A DNA stretch of 64,000 bases from Dictyostelium discoideum (lineage: Eukaryota), in contig CM000152.2 of assembly GCA_000004695.1 (NCBI GenBank), forward strand, positions 3,360,001 to 3,424,000. Reading direction: 5' to 3'. Of this stretch, positions 22,409 through 36,576 are shown piece after piece. Made by a program: the position numbers and the translations under genes. The notes beneath the pieces were generated by a model, which ran no database searches, was not told the origin of the DNA, and saw nothing but the letters and a program-made list of their open reading frames with translations. Each line of letters opens with the position of its first letter. The first letter of the stretch is position 1.

Positions 22409-23941
22409 TATTAATTTTAATTTTTTTTAAATACTATAGTTTATGATGATATTGTTGTAGTTTCAATTGCAGGTGGACATAGAGATACATTGATTAGATC
22501 AGAATTAACATCATTAGATGGATTGGTTAGACAGGATAGATCATTTTCAGTAGTAACAACCAGTGTACCAGATGTATTGATAGAGACCGATCATCAATGT
22601 ATTTTATGGTGTAATGAAGTTGTATTATCTTTGGTATCTGGTTTATTGTTATTAGGTAATCCAGAGACCAAACAAAACACATTTGGACCAACAGAAAGAT
22701 TATCATTATTAAAGAGTGTATTACATAGTCATGTACCAGAGATTTTAGGTATCACTACATTTTCAGATCAACCACAATTCACAAAAGAAAACAGAAAGAA
22801 TACTCGTTACGATATCGATACTCTATCTGATATTGCAAAGAAGAAACCATTCGAATCTTACTCAATGATCTCTTTAATTCATAAACCAATAGTATCATAT
22901 AAATCAAATCCAAGAGTTAGGATCACTTCTTCAGCTTCTTCTTTAACTTCATTTTATTTTCATTTTAAAATTTCTGATTGGTAATATTATTATTTAATTT
23001 AATTTAAATTTATTATTTATAAAATTTAATATTAATAATAATATTTTTTTTTTTTTTATTTTTTTATTTTTTTTTATTTTTTTAATTTTAGGATTGGTGA
23101 AGAAAATTATTTTTCATTAACAACAAGTTTAGCACAAGGCGATTTTACAGCAATTTTATATAAAGATAAAGATTTTACAGATGCAGTTGATGTTTCATTT
23201 AATTCATATTCATATCCACCATTACCACCATTAACAAATTCAGTGATAGAGTCACCATCAACTCAATTGATATTGACACATGAAGAGATGAAAGGACATC
23301 ATTCATTATTGATTGCATTCCCAAAATCAATTAGAAAGGATAGATTTGTAGCGGTGGCACAATTTTATAATTCGACATCAAGTAAAGTTGTAATTCCATC
23401 AGTATCATTTTTTGATGAATATAGATTCGTTTTACCAATTGGTCATCCAATCATTATGAACTTTACACTTCCAAAGTATACCAATAAATTCCCAATTAAA
23501 GCAGTGTTGCAAACTAAATATTTGGATATTGATAATGTTAATTCATTAAGAGATGAAGATGTTGAAGCTTCAAAATATTCAAGATCATTGGTTGTTAATA
23601 ATTTAAAACATCCAGAACCATATACAACATCAATATCAACAGGAATATCACAACAACAACAACAGCAACAGCATCAATCAGATCCTGATTCTAATAATGA
23701 AGGATTTGAAGATTTTGATATACGTTTAGCATTCTCTATGAAATTTATTGATAAAGAAGCTGTAATTCCAAATAATTATCCAATATTTTTACCAATATCT
23801 TATCATTTCATACCACAATTAATGGAGGAAGGTAAATTTGTTACAAATTGTACAGTCACAAAAATTAAATTTCATCAATCTTCAAAAGCTCAATTAGCCT
23901 ATAGAGAAAATAATAACAATAACAATAACAATAATAATAAC

Positions 23942-23974
<33 letters not shown>

Positions 23975-24711
23975 TCTTTCAAAGCTATTAATGGTAAATT
24001 AAAATATTTAGATCAAAAAGTTGATTCAGTTGATAATGTTGAATATAGCAATAACAATAATAATAATAATAATGATAACAGTAATGAAGAAGAAGAAGAA
24101 GTTGTAGTTTTGGTAGTTGATCGTTTTGATGAACAAAATGAACAACAAATTCAACAACAAAGAGCAGCATCAGATTTAATTAAATTTAATCAAAAATTAT
24201 TATATGTACAAGAGGATCCAGAATTGATTGATACAATTCCAACAAATTCAGCAGAGAATACAATTAATGAAAATGGTCAAATGGAAATCGATATTAATAA
24301 TCCACATTTATTAATGATATTGGATCCATTCTTTTCATATGAGATCGTCATTACATATGATTGGATTGGATCAATTGGATCATTGGTATTCTCTTATGCA
24401 CTTTCACTCATTTCATGTACATTTGCTTTATTCCTATGGGTATTCTCTGCGCAATTGAATAGCTTCATAAGGAATGATAAATTCCCATCTCTACTTATCA
24501 CCCTTAGAGATCAATCAGTTCAATTGGTTCCATATTTAATTTATTTCCCTTCTTTGGTTTGTATTGTTTTCACTATCTTTGGTTTACCAATTCCTTCATT
24601 CTATGGAGAATTCTTACCTGATCCATTCATTGATAGTTTTATGTTGGAAAGAATTCCACCATTTTGGTCAATTCCATTTTTATTTATTGTTTCAATTTGT
24701 ATTGTAAGTAT

Positions 24712-24762
<51 letters not shown>

Positions 24763-24995
24763 AAAATTAATACTAATGGTTTTTTTTAAAAATATTTAAG
24801 TTAACAATTTTAATTTTAGTTACAAATATCTTATTTACAATTGGATCAATTTGTAGCAGTGTTTGTTTATCAATTTTAAATCTAATCAATAGTCATCCAT
24901 CAAAAAATACACCAATTCATCCAAGAAGACCAAATGCTCAAAATGTCTCCTTTAATATGGATAGATTGGATCTTTCGAATGATGATGGATTATTA

Positions 24996-25032
<37 letters not shown>

Positions 25033-25160
25033 TTAATAACAATAATAATAATAATAACAATAATAATAATAATAATAATAACGGTGGTAATAATACCAAC
25101 AATATAAATAGTAACAATAATAATAGTAACAGTAATAATATAAATTCAACCGACTATATA

Positions 25161-25218
<58 letters not shown>

Positions 25219-26525
25219 TAAATAATAGCAATAGTTTCGTCAATAATCAAAATTTAGATGGAACTAATTTTAATATCAATATAGAAAATGGAGCCAATAA
25301 TATGGACTCCAATAATCTAAATATTGAAAGAGTAGAAAATACCAATTCTTTTGGTGTTAATAATAATAATAATATTAATAATAATAATAATATAAATAAT
25401 AATATAAATAATAATATAAATAATAATATAAATAATAATATTAATAATAATATAAATAGTAATATAAATAATAGTAATATAAATAATAGTAATATAAATA
25501 ATAATAATATAAATAATAGTGTGAATAATATAAATAATATTATCCTTAATAATATGAATAATATAAATAGTGGCAATAGTGATTATAATAATATTAATAA
25601 TAATAATAATAATAATAATAATGGTAATAGTGAATATAATAATATTTATTTAAATAATAATAATATCAATAATAATAATAACAATATATTGAATAAAGAT
25701 AATAGTAATGATTTATTATATAATAATGAACCAATTGTAATTAGTAATAGATGTACAACAAGTACTACTAGTAGTCCTGTAACTGGTAGTTTTTGTTTAG
25801 GGTCAACAGTAAACTCAAGATTAAATGGAAATCCACAATTTTCTTCATCAAAGTGGGTTATTATTGGTTGTATTATGGTAATTATAATTCACTCTGCTTT
25901 AGGTTTAGCTGCATTCCTATTGTTCTTAATGTTTTCATCGAGTAAACAATTCAATGGTACCAGCAATGGAAATAGTGCAAGTGTAAATTCGCCATCCTCT
26001 TCAATATCATCAGTGTCACCTTTATTAATTTCAAGCATATCTGCAAGTGTAAAAAAGAAATCATTAAAGATTCAAAATGCAATCAGAAAGGAATTGTATT
26101 ATCGACAAAGTATCTTTTTAATGTATATTTTTTCTGCTTTCATCATGGCTCCTAACTTGGTCATTTGGATTAAACATTTATCATTTGAATGGCAAGTCTT
26201 TGACTCTTTTGAATTGTTTATCTTATTGGCCATAACTCATATCTTTTTATCAACAATCGAATTAAATCAAAGTAATCTTTTTATTTTAAGGTATGTTTTT
26301 TTTTTTATTTTATTTTTTCCCCAACTAAATTTTTCCTAACTTTTTTTTTTTTTTAAAAAAAAAATAATAATTAATAATAATAGAATTGCCCTCATGATTG
26401 CCTCAGTTTTAGTATCAATTTATTGTATTTTATTTTTATATAGAATGCTTTACTTTAATTTGGTACTTTCACTTTTGTTTGTAATTTGTCATGCTTGGTC
26501 GAGATTAAAAGAAAAAATAGTTTAA
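21127..26525 (+). CDS. PGAP1/Bst1-like GPI inositol-deacylase, 7 exons, about 1536 aa, with very large poly-Asn inserts and a multi-pass TM C-terminus.
   Basis: The exons are 21127-21375, 21618-21947, 22068-22314, 22440-22980, 23092-24703, 24801-26290 and 26384-26525. Donors are GTAAGT, GTAATT, GTATGT, GTAATA, GTAAGT and GTATGT. Hallmarks include GMPVLFIPGNSGSYKQIRS, the lipase pentapeptide LIGHSMGGVVAR, and DDIVVVSIAGGHRDTLIRSEL...TDHQCILWCNEVV. The C-terminal exons are hydrophobic. Confidence 0.75.
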
Positions 26526-26880
26526 AAATAAAGGTTCCTTGTGGTCATTTTAATTTTTTGTTTTTGTTTTTTTTTTTGATTTGTTCAAAACTTTTTTTTA
26601 GATTTTTTTTTTTTTTTTTTTTGTGTCTCAACGAAAAACAATTCCCAGACAACTATTTTCTATTTTTTTTTGAAAAAAATTTAGGACCCTGGTATTTTTT
26701 TTTTATTTATTTTTTTTTTTTTATTTTAAGTTATTACTGCCTTTTTTTTTTTTTTTTAAAAAAAAAAAAAACAAAATGATTTAAAAGTAATCATTTTAAA
26801 TTAAATAACATTGTTTAAATTCTTTTTTTTTTTTTTTTTTTTTTTTTTCCAGTTTTTATTTTTATTTTTTTATTTTAAAT

Positions 26881-29364
26881 ATGATCAAAAAAATTAAAAA
26901 TATAATAAATAAAATAATAAACTTTTTTTCTACAATATATATATTATGTAAAATATATTTATATTATAATATTAAAAATAGATATGAAGCATATAATATT
27001 TTATCAGTATATGGAGATGATGATTTTTTCAATAAACCATGTCCTGAAGATTCATCAAATTGGAAAGATAAGTTAACATTTAAATGGGTTGAAAGGATAA
27101 TATTTGTTGGATTTTTTAGAGCACCTTTAAATTTAAATGATATTTCAGATTTACCAAGTAGTTTAAAAGTTGAAAATACAGCACCACTTTTAAAAGATAT
27201 AATATTCAATGATTCAACTATACCTTTAATTAAACACATATATTCAAAATTTTTACCAAGAAATTATATTGCAACTGGTTTATTTGTTTTTGTTTCTGTA
27301 TTTTCTTTTATAACACCTTTAATTTTAAAAAAGTAGTGTACCCCTTTTTCTTTTAATTAATTAAATAAATAAAGAAAAAAAAAAAAAAAAAAAGGATTTA
27401 AATATTAATATTATTATTATTATTATTATTTATTAGTTTTTTAAGTTATGTTGAAAAAATTGATGAACAAAAACATATTTATATTGGTATAATTCAATGT
27501 TTTTTATTATTTTTAAGTTCATTTATAAATATGGCATCTCAACAATATAGTTATTGGTTTGGATTTAAAACATCATTAGAAGTTAAAGGAGCATTAGAAA
27601 CTATAATATTTGAAAAGATGACAAAACTTTCAAATTTATCAAAAAAGAATTATAATATTGGTTCAATGTTAAATTTAATGTCAGTGGATACAGATTTTTT
27701 TCAATATTTCTTTTGTCATTATTATATAGAGATATTTTTATTTCCAATTCAAATTTTATCATTATTAGGTTTTTTAATTTATGTAATTGGTATAGCTGGT
27801 TTTGTAGGATTTTTAGTGATGTTAATTACAATTCCACTTTCATCATTTTTAGGTACACAAATAAGTAAAAATTTAAGTACATCAATGGGATATGCAGATA
27901 CAAGAATAAGTTTAACTGGTGAACTTATTAATGGAATTAAATTTTTAAAACAATATGCATGGGAGAAAATGTTTTGTGAAAGAATTGAAGAACAAAGAAA
28001 ATTACAATTAAAATATCTTTATATTAGAATTATTTATTGGGTATTGGTTCAAATTGTAACTCAAGCATCATCAGGTTTAGTATTGGTTTCAACTTTTACA
28101 ACCTACACTTTATTGGGTTATGAAGTATCTTTGGAGATTGCATTCACATCGATTACAATCCTACAAAATCTTAGACGTCCAATTGAATCACTTCCAGATT
28201 GTCTTCATAAATTCATTAGTTTAATTGCATCTGCTAAAAGAATTGAAACATTTTTACAATCTTCAGAATTACAAAACCAACCATTCATACATAATCAAAG
28301 TGGTTTAAATGATATTTTAATTAGAAATATTAATTTTAATTGGAATGAACATAATTTAAAATTAAAAAATAATAAAAATAATCAAAATAATAATCAAAAT
28401 AAAAGATCAATTATATTAAGTAGTGGTGAACAATTCGAAATTACAAATGATTTTACATTTGATGGTATTGATATTCAAGATGATAATTATGATTATGAAA
28501 AAGAATATAAAATTAATTATAATAATAATGAAGAGGAAGAAAATTTTATGACAGATTGTTTATTAAAAATTAAACCATTAATAAAAGATAGAAGGTTACA
28601 ACAACAACAAGCAGATTATCAAGATTTATTATCAATTAATTTACCTCCACCACCATCTGAGAATGTTGATTTTAAAGCACCAAAAGGTTTATTAACAATT
28701 ATCTCTGGTGGTGTTAGAAGTGGAAAAACAAGTTTAGCAAGTGGTTTATTAGGTGAAATTTGTAAAGCTGTTGATAAATCATCACCTGATTCTGTTAATA
28801 GTATTTTATCAACAATTCAACAACCATTCCTTCAAAGTACATCATTTCGTGAGAATATTTTATTTGGTAAACCAATGAATATGGAACGTTATATAAAGGT
28901 AATTGAAGCTTGTTGTTTAGCACCAGATCTATTAGCAATGGGTGAAGGGAAAGATTTAACTGAAATTGGAGAACGTGGTATAAATTTAAGTAATGGTCTA
29001 AAACATCGTATTCAATTGGCAAGAGCATTATACGCTGATTCCGATTGTTATATATTGGATGAAATTTTATCATCTGTTGATCCAGAGATTGCAAATTATA
29101 TCTTTCAACATTGTATTAAAGGTATGATGAAAGGTAAAACAGTAATATTAGTAACACATCAAATTCAATTCATTTCATCAGCGGATCATGTAGTTGTAGT
29201 TGATAATGGTGTATTAATTCAAGGAACTTATTTGGAATTATTAAGAATGGGTATTGATTTTGAAATGATTTTAAAAGAAAAAGAAAATAGAATTGAAAAA
29301 CAAATAGTTCAACTTCAAGAAGATGAGGATTATTATGAAGAGGTTGAAATTTTAGATTTTACAA

Positions 29365-29409
<45 letters not shown>

Positions 29410-31295
29410 GCAATTTTAATGGTAATAATAAATTAAAAAGATCATCAATTTCTTTACCAAAAGGTATTTCAATTGAATCAATAATTAGTAAAGATTTTGA
29501 TCAAACGACAATTGAAAAAGCAAAATTATTTGTACAAGAAGATAGAAATAAAGGTGATCCTGGTTGGATAATTTATAAAAAATATATTCGTATGGGTTCA
29601 TCAATTTCTTTTTTCATTTTTACATGTATTATCTATTTAACAAGTCAAATTATATTATTACTTTCAGATTATTGGCTTCAATCATGGGCAAGTCATGATA
29701 GATTAAACGTTTCAGAACCAACTGATGTACATTACCTATTGATTTATTTAGCCTATATTGGTGGATTTGTATTTACATTGGGTGTTAGGTATTTATTAAT
29801 CGCAAAGATTACATTTGGTTCAGCGGAAACTCTTCATAGATCTCTTTTAAAATCAATAATTAGAGCACCATTAACTTTTTTTGAACAAAATCCAGTTGGT
29901 CGTATTTTAAATAGATTTGGAAAAGATATCAGTGATATTGATATTTTATTATTGGATTGTTTCTCTGATGTTTTATATTGTGGTGCATGTCTAGTCACAT
30001 CAATTGGTATCATAATTTATATTTCACCCTATATTGCAATACCATTTGTTATTTTAATAGCTATAAATTATATTTTTCAATTGTTTTATAATTATTCAGT
30101 ACTAGAATTAAAACGTATTCAATCAATTTCTAGAAGTCCTGTTTATTCATTATTATCAGAGGTTTATAATGGATTAACAACTATTAGATCATTTGGTCAA
30201 CAAGAAAGGTTCTTTAATATGATGAAAGATAATATCAATATTAATTTAAGAGTATTTTTTTATAATTTTGCTGTTAGTAGATGGATTGGTATTAGAGTTG
30301 AATTTTTATCGGCTATTGTAGTGTTAATGTCTGCTTTATTTTCAATTTTTAATGATAATCCTGGTTTATCAGCATTAGGTGTAACAACAGCATTGGGTAT
30401 AACATTTAATTTAAATTGGTTTATGCGTCAATTTGGTGAATTAGAATCAAGAATTAACTCTGTTGAACGTGTACAAAGTTATATATCAATTCCAAAGGAA
30501 AAAGAAACCAATGAAGATGAATTCATTCAAACAGGTTTCATTTGGCCATCAAGAGGTGAAATTGAATTTAAAAATGTTGAAATTAGATATCGTCCAAATT
30601 CAATAGCAACACTAAGAAACTTTTCTATGAAAATTAATGCACAAGAAAGAATTGGAATTATTGGTCGTTCAGGATCGGGTAAATCAACAATTGGTATGTC
30701 ATTATTCCGTATGATAGAATGTTCATCTGGTTCAATTTTAATTGACGGTGATGATATTTCACAAATTGATTTAAAAAGATTAAGAAGTTCAATTGGTATA
30801 GTACCACAAGACCCGTTTATTTTCTCTGGTAGTATTCGTTTAAATCTTGATCCATTCGATCAATTCACTGATAATGAAATTTGGGAAGCATTAAGTAAAG
30901 TTAAATTAAAGAAAATGGTTTCAACAATGCCAATGAAATTAGAGAGTTTAGTTCAAGGTGGAGATGGTTTAACCATTGGTAATAAACAATTACTTTGTCT
31001 TTGTAGAGCAATATTAAGAAATTCTAAAATCGTATTATTCGATGAAGCAACCAATAGTATAGATTTTCAAACTACTCGATTAATAAAACAAACGATTGAA
31101 GAAAACTTTAAAGATTGTACCATTTTAACCATTGCTCATAATATTGATACCATTTTAGATAGTGATAAAATCGCTATCATTGATGAGGGCGAACTTATTG
31201 AATTTGATACTCCATTAAATTTAATTAAAGATTCAACTTCTAGATTTTCAAAATTAATTAAATTAAATAATAATCAAAAAAATAAATTAAATTAA
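26881..31295 (+). CDS. ABC transporter, C (MRP) subfamily, full transporter (TMD-NBD-TMD-NBD), 2 exons.
   Basis: Exon 1 is 26881-27332 and contains ...FNKPCPEDSSNWKDKLTFKWVERII...; the donor GT is at 27333 (phase 2). Exon 2 is 27437-31295. NBD1 shows a degenerate Walker A (SGGVRSGKTS), the signature LSNGLKHRIQLARALY and Walker B (CYILDEILS). NBD2 shows Walker A GRSGSGKST, the signature LSIGNKQLLCLCRAIL and Walker B IVLFDEAT. The true initiator Met may lie in an undetected upstream exon, since the first 40 aa are odd. This is one of the Dictyostelium abcC genes, but the paralogue cannot be named. Confidence 0.8.
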
Positions 31296-31534
31296 ATTAT
31301 TTAAAATTTTCAATAAATAAAATTATTATTATTTTATAATATTTTTTATAAAAAGTTTTAAATAAATTATAATAGATTTTTTTTTTATTTTTTATAATTA
31401 TTTATTAAAAAAAATGTTATTTATATATGGTATTAGTTTTAAACTATACCAAAAAAAAAAAAAAGTTATATTGTTTTTAAAAAATAAAATGTTTTGGTAT
31501 ATATATAAAATAAAAATTTTTAAAATAGGAAGAT

Positions 31535-31708
31535 TTAATTAATTAAACATTTCCATGATTTTCTTTTTTGTGATCTTTTTTTCCCTCCACTACTTGTACT
31601 TGTTCCACTACTATTGCTACCATTACTTCCTAAACTACTATTACTAAATGAACTATTTACACTACTTGTACTTTGTGGAGATGCACAATTTTCACAAATA
31701 ACTTTACA

Positions 31709-31768
<60 letters not shown>

Positions 31769-31772
31769 ATTA

Positions 31773-31813
<41 letters not shown>

Positions 31814-32987
31814 TATATTATTTTCAATTTCAGCAAATTCATTTAAATTCTCTAAACAATCATCTGGTATTAATGATAACATGCACCAATCATTTATTGA
31901 TTGATCATCAAAATGAGGATTTGAAACTACAATTGGAGTAGAAGGATATGGACCGTCAGGAGTTTCTTTTACTAATTTTATTGCCAATTGATCTAATGTC
32001 TGTACAATATCGGTAAATGATGGTCTATCATTTGGATCATAATTACAACATTTCATTGATAATTCTAAAAATTCTCGTGGACATTCCGATGGTATTTTAT
32101 TTTGAAGCTCTTCATAATCAATATCGAAATTATTTTGTGGTAAACGTTCATCCAATTTACTACGGGTAATCAATTCAAGTAACACCATACCAAAACTATA
32201 TATATCTGCTGAATAACTATATTGAATACCTAAAATAACCTCTGGTGACATAAATTCATCTGTACCGCAAATTGTCATTGATAATGGATTTTGAATTGTA
32301 ATTTCTTTTGCAAATCCAAAATCACAAACTAAAAAAAATAAAACAATAATAAAATTTAAATTTTAAAATAAACAAAATTAGATTATTAAATTTTAAGATT
32401 TTTTATAATAATAATAATAATAATAATAAATTTACTTTTTATAGTCCAATTTCTCCCTAATAATAAATTATTTGATTTTAAATCTCTATGCATTATTTGT
32501 TTTGAATGAAGGTATTCCATACCTTCTGCTATATCTTTGGCAATTTTAACTCTTAATGACCATGGTATATGAAATTTATGATCTAATAATATATTACCCA
32601 AATCACCACCATTTATTAATTCTGTAACTAAAAATAATAAAGAATCTTTTTCACCAATACCTATAAATCTTATAATATTTTTATGACCTTGATTTAATAA
32701 ATTTCTATTTTTTATCAAAAAATAATTAAAGTTAGTTTTAAAAATATATTTAGTATTGTTTTTAAAATATTATTAATTATTTAAATACTATACTTTAAAA
32801 TACCAATTTCTCTTTTTAAAAATACCCAAGATTCTTTATCAATGAGTGTATCTTTTTTAATAACTTTAACACAAACTGGATTACCATAATAACTTCCTTT
32901 ATAAACTTTGGCAAATGAACCTTTTGAAAATTCATTTTCCTCTATTTTTAAATTATCACATTCTATATTAAAATCCTTTATTTTCAT
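31535..32987 (-). CDS. Small Ser/Thr protein kinase (TKL-like catalytic domain), 3 exons, about 418 aa, with an Asn/Ser-rich C-terminal tail.
   Basis: The exons are 32987-32794, 32704-32436 and 32328-31535, with donors GTATAG and GTAAAT. The kinase motifs are GKGSFAKVYKG...VCVKVIK (subdomains I-II), HRDLKSNNLLL (VIb), ICDFGFAKE (DFG, spanning the exon 2/3 junction) and GTDEFMSPEV (VIII). Confidence 0.75.
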
Positions 32988-33056
32988 TTTTTTAAATAGT
33001 ATATTATATATATTTTAAAAATAAATTATTCTAAAGGATAAAATGATTTTATATTT

Positions 33057-33093
<37 letters not shown>

Positions 33094-34024
33094 CTTCTTG
33101 ATACTGTATTTATTATGAATTTTGTTTAGAAAATTTTCTTTTTCCTGTTTTTTTTTTTTTTATTTATTTATTTTATTATTTTATTTTATTTTTTTCAATT
33201 TGATTTATTGTTATTTTTTAAAAAATTTTAATTATTTGGATGATTATCTTATTTTGATTATTAATAAAAATGATGGGTTAATATGAATATTATCTTTACA
33301 AAATAATTTTAAACAAACACACACATATTTACACACATATCCCAATAATAATTATACAAATAAGAAGATTAAATTTTAAAATTTATACAAATACACACAC
33401 AAAAACATACAGTATGATATCATAATAAAAATTAATTTTATAAAAAAAAAGTGATAAAAATTAATAATATCAAAAAAAAAAAAAAAAAAAAATAAAAATA
33501 ATAAATTAATAATAAAAATTTAATTACATACCCTTTTTTTAAAATTTAAAATAAAATTTTTCTGAATATTAAAATTTTAACTTGTTTTTATTATTATTAT
33601 TTTTATTATTTTTTTTTTTTATTTTTTTTTTTTTAATAATAAACTTATAACTATTATTTGATAGCTCTTAAAATTTTTTTAATACAATTAAAAAAAAAAA
33701 AAAAATTATTATTTTTTTATTATTTTTTTTTTTTTTTTAAATTAATTTAAAAAAATAAATAAAAATTTAAATAAAAAATTAAAAAATTAAAAAATAAATT
33801 ATAAATAATAAATAAATTTAATAAAAGGGTATGGGGGGTTGGTTTATTTATTCATTAAATTATTTTTTTTTTTTTTTTTTTAACAGAAATTTTGAAAAAA
33901 AAAAATAAAAAAAAATAAAAAAAAATAAAACAAAAATTAAAATAAAATAAAATTAATTGAATAGTGTTTACCACCAAATTCTATGATTAATAGATTTTTT
34001 TTTTTTTTTTTTAAATGTTATTGT

Positions 34025-34150
34025 TTATTTTTTTTTTAAAAAATCTGACAATAAATCTTTTTCAAGATTATTACTGGTATTTAAACTATTTATGTAGTTG
34101 CTATTTTTTTTCTTTGTATTATTGGTATTATTGCTATTGTTATTAATATA

Positions 34151-34186
<36 letters not shown>

Positions 34187-35734
34187 ATTATTATTGATAT
34201 TTTTTATAGTTGGTTGTAAAACAAAATTTGAAGATATTGATTTTGATTTAGATTTTGATTTTAATTTTTTGGAATTTATTGGTAGTTGTTGTTGGTGTTC
34301 AATTTCTTCATCACTATTATCGACATTTTCATGACCAACAGCAGCAGCAGCATCATCATTATCTTTGATAGTTTCGGTTGTACCTTCAATTGAAGAAATA
34401 AAATTTTTAAAATGAGATGGATATTGAATTGAAAATTCTTTAATTTCATTTAAAATTGGATGAACAAATTTCAAATTCATTGAAGCTAACAATAAATATG
34501 ATACTAAAAATTGTTTAGATTTACTTGAATAAATTGGATCACCAACGATTGGAATATTTTCAGATGCCATATGAACTCTAATTTGATGAGATCTACCTGT
34601 ATGTAATGTTACCTCTAATAATGAAAATGTATTTGATGTAATCATTTTAGTTTTCTGTTGTAATCTTAATATAATTTCATCATAATTTTCTTCTTCATCT
34701 TCTTCCTCTTCATCATCTTCTTCTTCCTCTTCATCTTCATCATCATCATCTTCTTCCTCTTCTTCTTCATCTTCTTCTTCATCATCTTCTTCTTCTTCAT
34801 CTTCTTCATCTTCATTTTCTTCTTCATCCTCATCTTCTTTTTCATCTTCATCTCCATCTTCTTTTTCTTCTTCATCATCATCATCAACAGATAAAAATTG
34901 CATTCTTGAATTTACATTTTTAGAAGTAATATTTGATTTTTTGGTATTTTTCTTTTTATTTTTATGAAGTTGATTCATAGCATTATCATATTCACTTAGA
35001 GTTGAATTTATAATATTGTTTGTAGTGGTATTATTATTATTATTATTATTTGTTGTTGTTTGTTGTTTTGAAGTTTGTTTATTTTTTTGATTATCTAAAA
35101 CTTTAGCATTAACATTTTCCCAAACTTTGAGTACTTTAAATTCAGTTAAAGCTTCTTTACCATTATCTTGATCGATTACCATTTTATTTTTATCAGCTGG
35201 ATGTCTTGAGATTTTCTTATTGATGAAACCATGTTGTTCTTTTGGTTTACCTAAAACGATACAATGGTATTTCTTTGAGATTGTAAGTGGTATTTTTTTA
35301 CCTTGTAACATTCTCTCGATTTGGTTATTACTAATGGAACCATTGTCTTCGTATTGATCGATAGTGGTATGAGTGATCATTGTTGAAGTATGCTTTTCAA
35401 ATAGAGTTTGCAACTTTTGATGAACATCATTATTACGAGCGATAATTATCATACCGGCGGTATCCTTATCCAATCTATGCACAATACCAGGACGTTCAAC
35501 ACCACCAACACTCGAAAGGTTCTCAACACCACCATAACGATGAATCAATGCATTCACCAATGTATGTGTTTGATCCTCTTTATTAATAACCAATGCATTC
35601 GATCCCAATGTCAATGCTGTCGGATGTACTAACATACCTGCTGGTTTATTTATAATTGCAAGATCTTTATCCTCATAAACTATATCTAATTTAATATCTG
35701 TTGAAACTAAATTAAAATTACCACTATTATTGGA

Positions 35735-35766
<32 letters not shown>

Positions 35767-36265
35767 TCTTATTTTGTGGTTTTTTAATTGGTTGTTTTTT
35801 AATTTGTGAATGTTGTCTAATTTCTGGATTATTATTATAATTATTATTATTATTTTGTTGTTGAGCAAATGGATCTTTTTCTTTTTCTTTATTTTTCTCC
35901 CACCATGGTTTTGAATCTGCTGGTTTTGTTTGTTGTTTTTGAGCTTGTTGTTGTTGTTGCTGTTTTTGTTTTATTATTTCTTGTTGTTCTTCACTCTTTA
36001 ATTGTTGTTGTTGATCAACTTTGAATGAATCAATATTTGCTAATTGAATTGTGATAATATCATTTGGTTTCACTTTTGTACTTTTATCTTTTAATGGTAA
36101 ACCATTAATTGAAACACTTTTTAATGCTAAAATCTTTGGTATTGCTGATCTAGTTAATTTAACATATTCTCCAGTTTCTTTTACTTTAATTCTACTTGAT
36201 GCAATGAATCTATCAAATTTTTCTGGTACATGTTGTTTTGGTACCACAACTTCTAATGTAAACAT
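34025..36265 (-). CDS. RluA-family RNA pseudouridine synthase (RPUSD-like), single exon, 746 aa, with a poly-acidic insert of roughly 70 aa (34676-34884) inside the catalytic domain.
   Basis: It has an S4-like N-terminus, then ...DIVYEDKDLAIINKPAGMLVHP...GIVHRLDKDTAGMIIIAR (the catalytic Asp motif)...[D/E-only insert]...LLEVTLHTGRSHQIRVHMA...IVGDPIY. Confidence 0.8.
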
Positions 36266-36576
36266 TTTATTTATTTATTTTTTAAATAATAATAATAAAA
36301 ATAATAAATAATTATTTTTATAATTACTAAAAGTTGTAAAAAAGAAAAAAAAGGAAATTGAAAAAAAAAAAAAAAAACGAGTCGTCTGAAAGGAAATTTT
36401 TTTTTTAAAAATTTTTTTTTTAAAAATTTTTTTTTTTTTTATTTTATTTTTTTTTTATTTTAATTTTTTTAATTTTTTTTATTTTTTGACAAAATCTGAA
36501 TTAAATTTTTAAATTTCATTTTTTTTTTTTTTTTTTTTTTTATCTTACTTTAACAACACACAAACACCTTTTAAGA

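Noticed and set aside
25247-25576. 109-aa poly-Leu/Ile minus ORF; similar cases are 52543-52903, 53790-53990, 56514-56846, 57681-58034, 62862-63230 and 31614-31904.
   Set aside because: They are antisense of AAT/CAA trinucleotide coding repeats (poly-Asn/Gln) in PGAP1, the homeobox gene, TSC2 and the kinase. They have no independent support.
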